Assembly: GCA_002811645.1 (NCBI GenBank)
Contig: PDIP01000003.1
Location: 124,001-188,000 of the forward strand
Length of the DNA stretch: 64,000 nucleotides
Direction: 5' to 3'
Origin: Corallochytrium limacisporum Hawaii
Taxonomy: Eukaryota; Protista; Pluriformea
Positions 13,782 through 26,130 of the stretch are shown here, in pieces. Each line of letters opens with the position of its first letter. Position 1 is the first letter of the stretch. The translations under genes were made by a program, and so were the position numbers. Under the pieces are notes generated by a model, which saw only the letters and a program-made list of their open reading frames with translations, was not told the DNA's origin and ran no database searches.

Positions 13782-14249
13782 TTACCCCATCTGGGGCACA
13801 GAGCAAGTTGGACAAGCCCCATACAGGAGATATCCACGCATGCGGTTCTCAGCGACCAAGTCCAGGGGCTCAACGTGCTGGCCGCAGGATCCACACATGT
13901 CCGTTTGGAATATATGTGTGGCCGGTGTAACCGGCTTGGACACGTAATTTTCTGCCATGTTATACCGATCATGAGAGGCCTTGTCCGGCAGCATTTCCTG
14001 AAGTCCCTGCACTTCAATGGCATATGCACGCAGTTCCTGCCACACTCGATTAGTCTCTTTCAGTTCCAATGAACCGTTCTTTACAGCTTCGGGATCGATG
14101 CACCGCTTGCAAACTTTCTTGTGGAAAGTCCAGTGTTGTTTCTGGCAATCCTTGGAGCAGTAGGCTGCAGAATGACAAGCCGCACAGCGCTTAAGATCTC
14201 CAGCATCCTTTTCACATCCTGAGCATATATTCTGGGCCGGTAAGGTCAT
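13782..14249 (-). CDS. Small MYND-type zinc-finger protein with a second CxxC...CxxC motif
   Basis: CSGC...KRCAACHSAAYCSKDCQKQHWTFHKKVC is a canonical zf-MYND. C-terminal CGSCG...CPTC. Confidence 0.85.
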   Translation of the reverse strand: MTLPAQNICSGCEKDAGDLKRCAACHSAAYCSKDCQKQHWTFHKKVCKRCIDPEAVKNGSLELKETNRVWQELRAYAIEVQGLQEMLPDKASHDRYNMAENYVSKPVTPATHIFQTDMCGSCGQHVEPLDLVAENRMRGYLLYGACPTCSVPQMG

Positions 14250-16467
14250 GATGTTGATTCTACACTTGCCATTTCCTTATATCACTTCTCGTAGTCCCTG
14301 CTAGTATAGTTTAGTAAGCCATGTAATATCGGAACCCTTATATAGCAGAAGATTTGAATGTGCGGCAAATGAAAGACATCAGAATAACACATCAGTGCCT
14401 CCAGAATCGCAAGTGAGAATGAACCCGTAATTTACACTCGATCTTCGATAATAGCCCAGAATACCCACCTGCTCGTTCCCGAAGAGTCGGACATGCGGAA
14501 GGGGAGTGGGGAGGGGGGGGCGGAACGAAATGATGAGTAGGACAAGCCTCGGCAGACCGTGACGAAATTGAAAACGGTCCGTATTTATAAACACCAAAAT
14601 CAAACAAAATCTTTTGAGTGAAATATTTCATTCAAAAACGCGGTCATTAATTATGAAATCCCAACATATTTCAAATATTTAAGATTTGCCGCTGAAGGTC
14701 GTAGGCACAGCGCAGAGAAAACTGGGAAATTGGGAGCGAGCTCCCACACACACTCTCTCTCTCTCTCTCGTTCTCCAATATTACAACTTTCCCCCTTACA
14801 CGCACAAGTGAGAGCCCAAACATCCCCCTCCTCTTTTCCTTCTCCCTTGGAGACCAAAAGAAGTCCCGGTATACCTCGTTTGGACTCTATGTGAAGGGGC
14901 CTCGCCAACTTACAATAACGAAGAGCGAAGGAGGAGAAAAGAAGAGCGAGACTGTGCCAAAGGCTGAGAAAACTGGTCGTGCCGACCATTGACACCAGGG
15001 GCCGATGCAACGATCGGCAGGGGAAGAAGAAAAAGTAAAAAAAAACGGGGGAGCCAAACGGGAACACGCGAGGCCCCCAAGAAGAAACGAAGTTTGAACG
15101 ATTCTAATTCGGACCACTTGGTCCGTTCCTCCTCCTCCTCCACAGTGGACGATTGACATGCACCTGGTCCGTCTTTTTCTTCCTTGGCCCACACAGCGCA
15201 CTTGGACAAATGCACGTTAGTCCATGTCCTTTCTGACACATCTTAGTGCGACGGGGGCCTCAAGCCACGACGATATCCTCCCCTCTACCCTTGAAGAGTT
15301 TCGTGCGGACGGTTGGTGCCCAGCCAGCCAGAGAGGGGCTGTAGCGGCGGAAACAATGAACGGGAAAGGGGGAAATTAAAAAGGGAGAGCTGCGGCACAG
15401 TGGGCAATCAATGCATGTGTGAATCTCCATGGGATGGCCATTTGCAAGGATAAGCGATAGAGAGACAGACTAGGTAGTGTGTCATACATTGTAAAAACAT
15501 ATGTCGCAACGACACAGGAAAACGATTCAGACTCATTAGACATTCCTTTCATGGATCGTAGCACTGGCAATACAAATCTGTTCGTGGTATCTGGTTGTGA
15601 CCTAAAGTCATGAACAGCTGCTGATAGAAGGACGCCATGCATGAATCATGAACGGATAATGGAGCTTTCAAATTAACAGCGTTCCAGAGGAACATGGCAA
15701 AAGATGATTTCTGGTTCACTTCACCGGAGGTTGCGAAGCAAGTGGTTGAAACTAGGGTACTTACTCCAGGTGGCGGCCAGCTCCATCCCGTGGTTGGCCT
15801 GGGGCTCCTCAGCGAGAATCACATGCGTTTCGAAAGAGTAGTGGAAAAAAGCCCATTCCATTGGGTAGATACAAGCTCTACCTGTCTATTCCATTAAGGT
15901 CAACTAAAAGTGAAAATACTTCCGCCCTCCAGCACGCAATCCCTCTAACAAAGTTAGATGAATCCTGCCAGGGAACATACCACGGTAAATTTAGGAGTCG
16001 CCAAGGATTCGTCCTTAGGGGCCGCGACTGGCAATGTTGGAAAGCGTTATTGCATGGTTTCTGTCTTCGGCTCCTCCAGAGGCCGTCCTTGACAATAGAT
16101 AGATCAGCAAGGAGCACCTTGGCATCATTTGAGCCATGAGTAGGATGGACTCCGAGTCATCCTCAAACGGGGCCGACATAGCATATGTCTCCAGAACAGA
16201 GGAGCCTGTGGCGGAGTTGAATGATGATCGCAAAGCAAGCATATCGGATGCATGCACGTAAAGGAATGTCGCAAACGTTTCTTTACGATTGTATTGGATT
16301 CTACTGTTACAAAACTAAAGGACTATGAGCCAAACATTGCACTCCCTGGCTCATGCACATGATGAAAGTATGAATGGGGCAGCTATGGTAGACTGAACCG
16401 TTGCAACCCCATGAGTATGAAAGAAATGAGAGGCAGTTGTCATACGACAAGGGTAAGTGTTCTTCGC

Positions 16468-17448
16468 TTACGAGTTTCCGGTGCTGATCAGACACGGACA
16501 TTTTGGTAGGCTCACTCCCTGCAGTGTCTTGTACGGGTGCAGAGCCTCAGTGTGACCGACAATGTCGTACTTCTCTTTGCCTTCCTGCACCCAGGCATAG
16601 ATGTAATCCCATTGGTTCTTACTTAGCTTTGCCAGGTTGTCCTTCGGGCCCTCTACACATCGACCGGCCATCAACAGGCCAACTTCCTTACCGCTAATGA
16701 AACGCTTCACGAACACGCGATTTTCGTTCTCGAGGTCAAATACTACGCCAGCAATGGCGACCAAATATTTTGGCTTCTCCTTGCCCGCCTGTGCCATTGC
16801 ACTGTACTGCTCAATTTCGTCAATTGACCAGCACCGGGTGAGTACCTTGCTCACTTCATCTTCGTTCCAGGTCAATTTCGGATACGGCACAGACTCCTGG
16901 TTCTTGAGCCGTTCAATCCATTCCGGAGCGAGGTTAAAGTCTTGCGCTCCCGTAATTAGCAGGTCCAGGTACCTCCGACTAGGTGGTGTGGTTTGAAGCG
17001 TGGCTCCGTTCGCTAGGGCGGACCGTTCTGTGGCTGAGTACAAGATGACCACACCCGTCTTTTCCGCCCCCTCTGGCAGATCCTCTTCATACCATTCAAC
17101 CTTGGCCTTGACCTTCTCATAGGATGCCTCGATTGCGTCGAGAATGCACTTGAAGCGCCAGTCCATGAGATGGGCCACTCCATGCGTCGAGGCTCCCAGT
17201 TTGGGCATCATGTTCGCCATGCTAGGATCCACCCGAGATTGCGTATGAAGATTGAAGACCAGCTCCCAGTCATGCACAATGGCCCGGCGGCTTTCCAGCA
17301 CATGAATCTTTTTAAACTCCAGATTCTTTGCGTTCATGTTCGAACCGAAGCTGAAGTACCAAATACGCTCTTCCAGAGTGCCATTTGCCCTTCGAATTTC
17401 TTCCTCTCGCCTCAGTTCTACTGAGAACTCTTCGGGATTGAAGGACAT
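16468..17448 (-). CDS. Gamma-glutamylcyclotransferase (GGCT/AIG2-like) domain fused to a C-terminal cytochrome b5-like (MAPR-type) domain
   Basis: GGCT motifs WYFSFGSNM, LDAIEASY and PSRRYLDLLITGA. MAPR/cyt-b5-like pattern at aa ~205-300: WSIDEIEQY...LVAIAGVVFDL...SGKE...DNLAKL...W....KYDIVG. Confidence 0.85.
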   Translation of the reverse strand: MSFNPEEFSVELRREEEIRRANGTLEERIWYFSFGSNMNAKNLEFKKIHVLESRRAIVHDWELVFNLHTQSRVDPSMANMMPKLGASTHGVAHLMDWRFKCILDAIEASYEKVKAKVEWYEEDLPEGAEKTGVVILYSATERSALANGATLQTTPPSRRYLDLLITGAQDFNLAPEWIERLKNQESVPYPKLTWNEDEVSKVLTRCWSIDEIEQYSAMAQAGKEKPKYLVAIAGVVFDLENENRVFVKRFISGKEVGLLMAGRCVEGPKDNLAKLSKNQWDYIYAWVQEGKEKYDIVGHTEALHPYKTLQGVSLPKCPCLISTGNS

Positions 17449-18550
17449 GTTGTCTATTGGAGTATATAAGTTTCTGCAGATTGAGGTACTCTTTCTTTGT
17501 GCCCTCGAAGTCTCGGTGGAAACGGGCGATGGGCCTTGAAGATTCCTCTCCTAATTCCTCTTTCGCCCTTCTTGGTCGTGACGTGTCGTCCCGGTATTGC
17601 TTTTGGAAAAGGATAGGTGTAAACCTCCTTGAATAGCTTCTTCTTCCGTCCACTACGCGGTCCAAATGGTACAACTTTACAGTGGTGTTGATGCTCAGTT
17701 CACTGTATTTCCTCGGCTTCTATCTCCAACGTACCCCTTCGGTCACACGTTGGAAACATTTTTTCAAGCCATCGGAGTTGTCGCCACTGACCTCAAACCT
17801 GTATCTTGACGTTCTTGCCAGAGGAACCAAGACTCTGCTCTTGACATCATTCGGACCCTGGCATATATGCTCCGAAGAGAGGGTATTTGGAATAGAACCG
17901 AGGAGTGCCGTGGTTTTCTGCATACACGTACACACTGGGCCGCTCCTTGTTCAACCGGGGGCTGCCCCCCCCCCTCCTTTCACCCCAATCTCCCTCACCG
18001 AACAGCCCAATGCGAGACAGGGCCGTTGCGGACACTCGTCAAATCATCAATACAAAAGGTATGGTTTGTGCCATCGAATAGTCCCACAACGGCGAAACAA
18101 AGCTCCAGCAGCCGCGGGAAGCAAGCGCCATTCCCCCCCCCCCTTCCTCCTCCCTTGCTTTTTACTTTTCGCCAGTATTGAACATCAACAGGTGACAGTA
18201 ATGAGGGATGGACAGTTTTGAAGCAGAAGCACACCAAAGGAGAAGGAGGATGGCAAAGTCCCACTTTTCGCACCGCTACCTGCTGCCGGAAAAGATCACC
18301 AATACTTGCGATGCGTCAGCCCACACTGCTCGACCCATCTCTTGAATCTATTCGGCTGACTTCCTCGTGCATCTCTTTCGCACTGATCAACAGATTCCCT
18401 GTGTTGCATTAAATCAGGCGGGTGGAAGCAAGAGTAAAACTACAAGCTAGTGACAGTAGACGGAGACGGGAGATAGCGAGACAAAACGAGCGCAGTGTGC
18501 CCGTCACCGGACACTTGGCCACCCCAACAACAAGACACGAGATAGCTACG

Positions 18551-18593
18551 GAGTGAGTGAGTGAGTGTGTGAGTGAGTGAGTGAGTGAGTGAG
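18551..18593. repeat. (GAGT)n microsatellite
   Basis: About 10 units of GAGT with one GTGT interruption. Confidence 0.95.
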
Positions 18594-20630
18594 GGTTGGT
18601 GTGTGGCAAAAAAAACCCATCCTTTCCCCTCTCCCTTTTCTCTCCCACTGGCCACTGTGCCGAGCCCCCCTCCTCACCCCTCCTAAAGACTAATTATCAA
18701 AAGTTGTTAAAAAGTCTCTTTGGTCCACACCCCCTCTTCTCTTTCCTTTTCTCATTCTTTTGTTTTGGGTTCCCTTTGCTCAGCACCACCGCTCCCTGCC
18801 TCCCTACACAGCCTTTACCCCTTCCCCCTTCCTCCCTCCCCTAATGGTTCCCCGCGGCGGCTCTCGCGAGACACCCACCCCTTCTCCCGGCGTACGAGCG
18901 GACTCGTCTCCCTATGCTCCCTCCCTCATGGCCTGTGTGTGCATATGACCGGGCGGGGCTGTGGTGATCCCATCGTACGTGGCGGTTGAAGATTTATTTT
19001 TCTTTTATGTCTTGTACGACGGGTACAAGAAAAAAAAAAGGGAGACGAAAACGCTGTGGTGGGCCACGCCGCGGGTTGGAGAAGGGGACCGGGTACCCCT
19101 ACCAAGTATAGTTTTCGATCGCGGTGGTTTTTATATTCCAAGTATATTACGCTGGTATAAGTGTTCCGGTGTGGGATGCAGTTCGTGTGTTCCTCGGTGT
19201 TTACTTTCGTTTTTTTTTGTTTTCGTCCTTAGGCATTTTTTATTGTTTTGTTTTTTTGGTTCTCCCGTTCTTTTTGTTGGTGTTCTTTGTTACCGGGGGA
19301 CAGGTGAATGGGATGTCATGGTATAGTAAATATTAACAGTTTCATTTCTAGAAATGGTGGGTCTGCGTGTGCGGAGAGGTCGGAAGTGTGGCGCATCTTG
19401 CCATCGCTAATCGGTTCATGGTACACGAAAGAAACATAGTAGATATACCTATCGCTCTTTGATATATACATTATGTATTAAACTTAAATGTTTAATGAGA
19501 CAAAATGTTCGGTGGACGTATTATGTAATAACAGTTTCTGAACTGTTAGTTAACAACCTTATCAAAACTCCGATGCATCGTCCTCTCGTTCCGTCTCCTG
19601 TTGAACTACAGGGTGTGGTAGTAACAAGGCGAGAGAGTGACCCATGTTCAGTATCCCGAGACGGGAAAGAGGGAGGAGTACGCCACCTGGGCAGATATAC
19701 GAAGTGGAGGTCGCGACGGGGGCAATTGACAAGGACCGGGAAGGGAAGAAAACCAAAGTCCGGTTACAAGAATAAATGAAACGCAGGTCTTCAGTACTTA
19801 ATGAATGGTAATAGTGCCGTGGTGCGATAAGCCTGAGACTATCAATTTGCGCCTGCGTCTCGGTGCGTAGGCTCGGGTGGCCCCGCGGGCCCGGTTTTTT
19901 TTCTTCTATTCCGTTCTACAGACCGATACGCTCTTAATAATAAATGTACTTCAGATAAACTGAAGATGTGCCCAGCGATGGAACTGGGCGGGCACAAGGA
20001 GTGCAGCAGACAGGGTAAAGGGAGAATCTTTCGAAACCGTTTCCGTAACTTATTGTACGGGAGATTGAGAAGGAAAAAGAAAAAACAGAAGTTTAGGCGA
20101 AGTGTCTGCGCGGAGGCCACGGTTACGAGGTGTGGGGAGGTGAAGAAAGGGAGGCATACCACGAAGTCGTGATACATAAAGAATTAGTTTTCATGTTAAA
20201 TATATGGGTACTGCAATGGAGAATGTCCCCCGTATTGTTAAATGGAGAGGAAGGGAAGGAAAAGTTGGGAGGATTTGGAAGGGAGAGCGAAGCATGGCGA
20301 GAATGTAGGACTGACACCGTGGAGCAACATTTCGAAATTGTTCCCTTTCGGTCATGGAGCACTGGCTTCCGGGGCTCTTTGGATATATTCACCAGTACAA
20401 ATAGTATGGGCAAGAAAAACATATAAAAAAGTCATGTCAAAGATTGACACCCCTTTGCTTCTCTTTTCTTTCAATTTTGGCAGGTCTCCCTCTTCGTTTT
20501 GCCAGCCGTTCTGTCACCGTCTGTCTCGTCCGTTCCCTCGGGTACCACCGTGCGACTTGGCCTCGCAGTCTCTCTCTCTATTTCATATATCACCGTGTCA
20601 GCCCCTTCGTGCCATGCGAGTTTAAGCCTT

Positions 20631-20636
<6 letters not shown>

Positions 20637-20700
<64 letters not shown>
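20637..20700. repeat. (CT)n microsatellite
   Basis: About 32 perfect CT units. Confidence 0.98.
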
Positions 20701-20704
<4 letters not shown>

Positions 20705-20912
20705 GTCTGGCTCGCCGGTGGCCCGGAGGCCCGGACTATGGTTCACAGAAAGACTCTCCCCCTGGCTTCCTTCGTCCTTCCCCCCTCCCCACTTTTTTCC
20801 GCCCACAGTCCCAACCGGGTAACCACGAGTGCTCTCTCCGTTCCGGTCATCGGTCTCTGCGACCGCGCGCCGTTCCTGTGCTTCGTTAGTTCTCGCGCAG
20901 GTGCCGTTCAGG

Positions 20913-21077
20913 ATGGGAAGCGATGGTAAGGCCCGGGATCGCAAATCCCAGCCCCATTACAGAGAGTTGCTAATTTAATTGCCGATAGCCATGGATGGAA
21001 CTTGTGTCATCATCACCATCATCATCATCTACGTGCTAGTGATACTGTGCTTGCATCGCAATGTGATGATTAGCTGA
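20913..21077 (+). CDS. Candidate two-exon 33-aa single-pass membrane micropeptide (putative intron 20926-20988)
   Basis: ATG 20913, donor GTAAGG 20926, branch-like GCTAAT ~20969, acceptor TAG 20986-20988. Spliced product MGSDAMDGTCVIITIIIIYVLVILCLHRNVMIS*. AATAAA at 21160. No homology recognised. Confidence 0.25.
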
Positions 21078-22240
21078 TGGAGTCCGATCATGTTCGCTGT
21101 CCAATTTGCCGGCAAAACATCACCAAACGAAGCATTCAGAATGAATGCACACTCAGGTTAATAAAAGTTTGATACCCCTTATGCCTAAGCCGTGCAAAGG
21201 TCTTGATCATCAAGACCATACAATCTTGTATTCTGTCATACGATCTTATACGTAGTATATGCCTACCACATAAACATGCAGGGGGCGCATACATAACTCG
21301 GAGGCAAATTGCCAAGCGAGCAAACTGATGAATCATACACGGCACGACACAGATAACGACCTTCTTTCAGCCGCTGTATGGGGGTGTGAACTGTGAGGGA
21401 ACACGGCACCGGAGTCCTGCGGGCTGGGAGTGCTTACTGGTCATTCCATAGTACACGCCGACATCTACACCATGCCACGGCTGGTTCCTTGCGTTTGCTG
21501 GTGAACTCGGTGGGAAGAAACTTGTCCATTCATCTCTTGCTGTTGAATGCTGTTTACAAATACACACAGATAGGCTTCCCAAAAAGGGGATCGGAAAGGA
21601 GATGCAGCGGTAGCTCAGGGTGTCAAAAGAACCGTGCCTTGACAGTTCCACCAAAACAATCAAAAACAGTCTAATTCTCCGGACATGGAATTCTATTCAG
21701 ATGTCAACATTCTCTGAGTGTGCAACGAGGTGCGCGGGTGTGGTTGATGCACAAGGATACCGGAGACGACGGAGGGAGAAAAGCACGGGTGCGATATGCG
21801 CGATGATGCACAGGAGGATGATGTTGGGGTTCATGCCAGGTTTGACGTGGAGTGGAGAAAAGAGAGTCGGCGATCCGAACACAAAGGTACCCTTACACAC
21901 GAGACCGCATCCATAATTAGGCACACACTGCTACTTGACTACCCAGCAAGGTCGGGATCACCACCTACTACCACGACTTGTCCAACATACATAGTACCGG
22001 CGTGAAACCCGGTGAAATATATATGTGGTGCTCCACCTGGTCCATTTGTCGGACCTGTCTGTTCCGTGGAGTACTGAAGACTAGTCAATTTCCACGGCGA
22101 CTGCTTTTTTGTGCTGAGAGTGATCTTCCGCTCCTGCCTGAAGTGCTTCAACAGGGTCAGCTCCGGAGACGCGCGGGCCCCCAAGTCCGAAGTCCGGGGG
22201 TCAGAGTGCGAGAGAGAAGGGGGGGAGGGGAAGGGGGCCG

Positions 22241-22499
22241 NNNNNNNNNNNNNNNNNNNNNNNNNNNNNNNNNNNNNNNNNNNNNNNNNNNNNNNNNNNN
22301 NNNNNNNNNNNNNNNNNNNNNNNNNNNNNNNNNNNNNNNNNNNNNNNNNNNNNNNNNNNNNNNNNNNNNNNNNNNNNNNNNNNNNNNNNNNNNNNNNNNN
22401 NNNNNNNNNNNNNNNNNNNNNNNNNNNNNNNNNNNNNNNNNNNNNNNNNNNNNNNNNNNNNNNNNNNNNNNNNNNNNNNNNNNNNNNNNNNNNNNNNNN
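22241..22499. other. Assembly gap (N run)
   Basis: 259 N flanked by G-rich runs. Confidence 1.
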
Positions 22500-25400
22500 G
22501 GTGGGGATGGGGGAGGGGGCGCCAACGGGCGGAAGGAGCAAAGAAAGATTAAGCGGATTGGGTACATCGGGACCGCATAAAAAAAAAATAAACTAGCCAG
22601 AGTCCGAGGATGCTTCTCTTCCCTTCTAATTCTGGCTCCGGGCAGGCACACCGAAAGAAGTACTTTCAGTACCGCGGTGCGAACTCCGATGTTTGTCCCT
22701 AAGAACAAAGGAATGATAGTAAACGGAAGAAGTGTAGGAGAAAGCTGGTAGGAGGGGAGGGCGGGCCCCCGGGGGGGGGGGAACAAACGCCTTGTGTGCG
22801 AGAAACGGGGCAGCAGCAAGCGAATATTGTCGGGAAGGTCAGCACAAGAAGCGGGAAGGTGGGGAAGGGCTCGCGTGCCCACCAACTAAAATGGAACTGG
22901 GGAAAGGGGCTATCCCCCCCCCCCCCTCCGGGGGTTGGGCTTCTCCCTTTTTCCCTCCAACCGGGTCGTGTTTCACAAGTTTTCGACGCACCAACTACGA
23001 GCGAACGAAGAACGCGGCACAGGCGCACGCGCCGCAACACCGGGCAGTGAGTAACTTGAACAACGACGGGGAAGACCTCTCTTCTGAAGGTTCCTTCTGT
23101 GTTTGCTAGGGTTCCAGACATTTGATTGGTACCTTTGGGAATGATCCGGTTCTCCGAGGGCCGAGATCAAAGTTCTGATCTAGCACGCTGTACAATCATA
23201 CCTGTCCGATGTATGGCTATGGATTCCGGGCTACCCATACAGGCAGAATGTAGGCATGGCGGAAGAGTCACACCGCTGGGCAACCTAGACCTGTACGGAA
23301 TGTGGTGCATGGGGCCAGAATCGCCATACTGTGTCGCGCAGTAGTTTGCAGGGTAATGAAGCACGGTTTGCAGGTATCATCAGCTACGGCAACACCAGTG
23401 AACATCAACAGTTTAGCGGGGCACGCACTGCCAGTCTTTGAACATGTGCAAACGCTGTGATCTGCATGGCTACAGATTCTCGTGTATGACTTATAGCTTG
23501 GACACCGTAATTTGAGTGGCTCCCATCGGAGTTGGGCAGCACCCAATTGACATAAAGCGCACTATTTCTCGTCGGGAATGCCGGAGATGGTGAGGCTCCG
23601 AGGAGACATCCACCAGCAACGGAACCTGCCCGTTGGTTGTGTGTATACATGCTATTCTAGTACACGAACAACGGTATGTTGATATTGTTCCATTCCAGCA
23701 TTCCAATGGGCCTTCTTCTGTCAATTCTGTCTCCTCGAGCAGTCAACGTCGAGGACGTTTATAGTAGGTATGGTCGCCAATGGGGGCGAATGATGATGAG
23801 CTGGGCGTGAAAGATTTATCAACAAAATCGGACAGTGGTGTGCGTTCAGTGCTTGTTGCTTGTTTATGCGGTGGTCGATGGCTCCTACCACGCGAGAAGA
23901 ACAATATGCAGTCAACAAAGGTGTTCCGATCTTGCTTCGATGGGCTTCAAATTGAGGAGATATATGAATCTGCATCTTTAGCACATGACATTGCATGGAG
24001 AAGTGCTCTCAATGGTTGAAGGAATTTTGAAGCAATGAATTCCCTCAGGTATACGATCATCTCCATCTTTCTTTTTTTCGTTTTGCTGGTTTATTATGTA
24101 TAACTGAATATCCTACACTGAAGTCGGTGGGGATGGCTGTTGAACCCATGGTGTTGTGTCCGACTGGCATCTTCTACGCAGTGCTGGTCAGTGTTGACCT
24201 CGATGTCTATGGAGGAGGATTCCAAAATGCTGGATGACGATTCCGTTGGTACTGCTCGACGAGAACATTGCCTCACGCGGATGATCCATCCCCCGGGGAT
24301 ACATCTCCGACAGCAATGGTTTCTGAGTCCTTCAGCCAATGAGCATCCGAGGGACTGCAATCCATTGTTGGTCCTTGGCGTCCTTGATCCTGCCCGTCCC
24401 CTCCGATCATGCGTGGGCTTCACCAACCCCCCCCCCCGGGGGTCCTCCCGGGTTTAATTCAGTTAGCCATATTTCGAGGGCTTCAGCTATATCGCGTGGA
24501 CATATTTGTGATCATTAAATTAAGGTTACAGGGGTTCAGTTTATTTCAGAAACAACCTCGTCATCGAGCAAATGGCCGGATGAGCAAGCTGCGGAAAGGT
24601 TTGGATCCCGGCTACTAACTGAGTAACCGTTGTTCACTGTGACAGTTTAGATGCGGACGACAGCAGTGCCTGTACCCAGAGGGGCATTCAAAGACATCCA
24701 CAGGTAACAAGCTGTCATTTATGCAGAGCGATGGACTCTAGCAGGATACCCCAGTGGTTCATCGTGCTCAGAGCTTGCCAAGATAGAGAGAGTAGCCAAA
24801 CAATGCTTTCGGAGAGCCGAGCCAGCCACACTGCTCCGTGTTGGGCTCACAGGCTGGTCTTGTGACTATAGGCAGAGGCACCGTAAGCGGACTCGGTTGT
24901 AAGACTAGTCGGGCACAAATAACAATTACTCCCCCTCCCCCTTCCTTTGATGGGAGACACCAATCCGTTTTCCTCCAACATAGCGAACATAGGGGTGCAA
25001 AAGGCATAACAAAACCTACTGTTAATCCACTGGATTGTTTATGCGACGCGGGTCGTGTTTACCCGCTGGACCCGCTGACAGGGGAAATGGCCCCGGTGAC
25101 CAGCAATTTTTTGTTGGTGTGTTGGAACAGAGTTTTGAGTTTTGTTTTCCTTCGTGCCTGGGAAAAATGCCTTGCAGATGTGTGCTCTGAGTCAGCTGCC
25201 GGCTTCGTGTCTTGCGGCAGGTCCCGGTGACCATATTGCACAGCCCCGGTGTTGTTTCGATTTGTTTGAGGTGGCAAACAGAAACTCGGGGGAAGGGAGT
25301 GGAGGGGGATGTTCAGTGAAGAACTGACCTCCGTTCGTTTGTCTCCCGGGACTGCGTGTACAACACATACCCGCAGCGGGCCAATCTCTCGCAGTACCCG

Positions 25401-26130
25401 AGGATCCGTTCCCCGCACGGGAAGACAGTTTCGATAAAAAAGCCAGTGCAGTACCGACGACCATATAGAGCTCTCTCTACTATAGTCCGTGCTTCCCGCC
25501 TGACTATCTGTGAGCTTGGAGTGCAAAGGGGCATTGTTGACGGGGGTGAGTTAGGCTCCCACACATGTACTGAAAGATGAACCGACCCACTCAGAGGAGT
25601 AAGTTCCAGGCGAGTATGTATATGTTTGTTGTGCATAGTTTGGTATGTGCCGTTGACTGAACGGGTGGAGTGTACCACGGCCGCGTCTTGGAGTACGGGA
25701 GGTTGAGTTCTGACCAGGGGGATGTAATCTACGGGTGACACCGTACCCCTCCTTGGGCAGCACAGTTCCGGGAGAGGCTCATTGAAACGAATAGTCCTTG
25801 TGTACGTGACCGTTACCTGTTGGTGAACCTGTCAAGCAGCCCAGCACATGCTCGTATGTGATAGGTATAAAGGCGATAGATGATGAAGATCAGTACCATT
25901 GCAAACAGTGTCCTCAATGCATTACAGTCAGGTCCACTGAGTCATTTTGAATGGCTACCTACCAACAACTAGATCATAGCCACTCCAAACTCGGATCTGT
26001 ACAGGGTACATCTCCGAGCAATTCACTTGTACAAAGGCCCCTGTTTGTAAATACTGTCAGGGCTCTAGTTTAACACATCGCCTGGCCAGAATTTGGACCA
26101 ACAGCACTGTAATTTTATATCATAGCAATC

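Noticed and set aside
19304-19410. Possible 48-nt intron followed by an 18-aa ORF (MVGLRVRRGRKCGASCHR)
   Set aside because: Weak donor (GTGAAT) and too short to support.
21939-22885. Long ORFs spanning the first N gap (and 31764-32677 spanning the second)
   Set aside because: Length is an artefact of translating Ns.
25880-25940. ATGATGA...CTGA resembling a box C/D snoRNA upstream of V-ATPase C
   Set aside because: No terminal stem, and no rRNA-complementary guide recognised.
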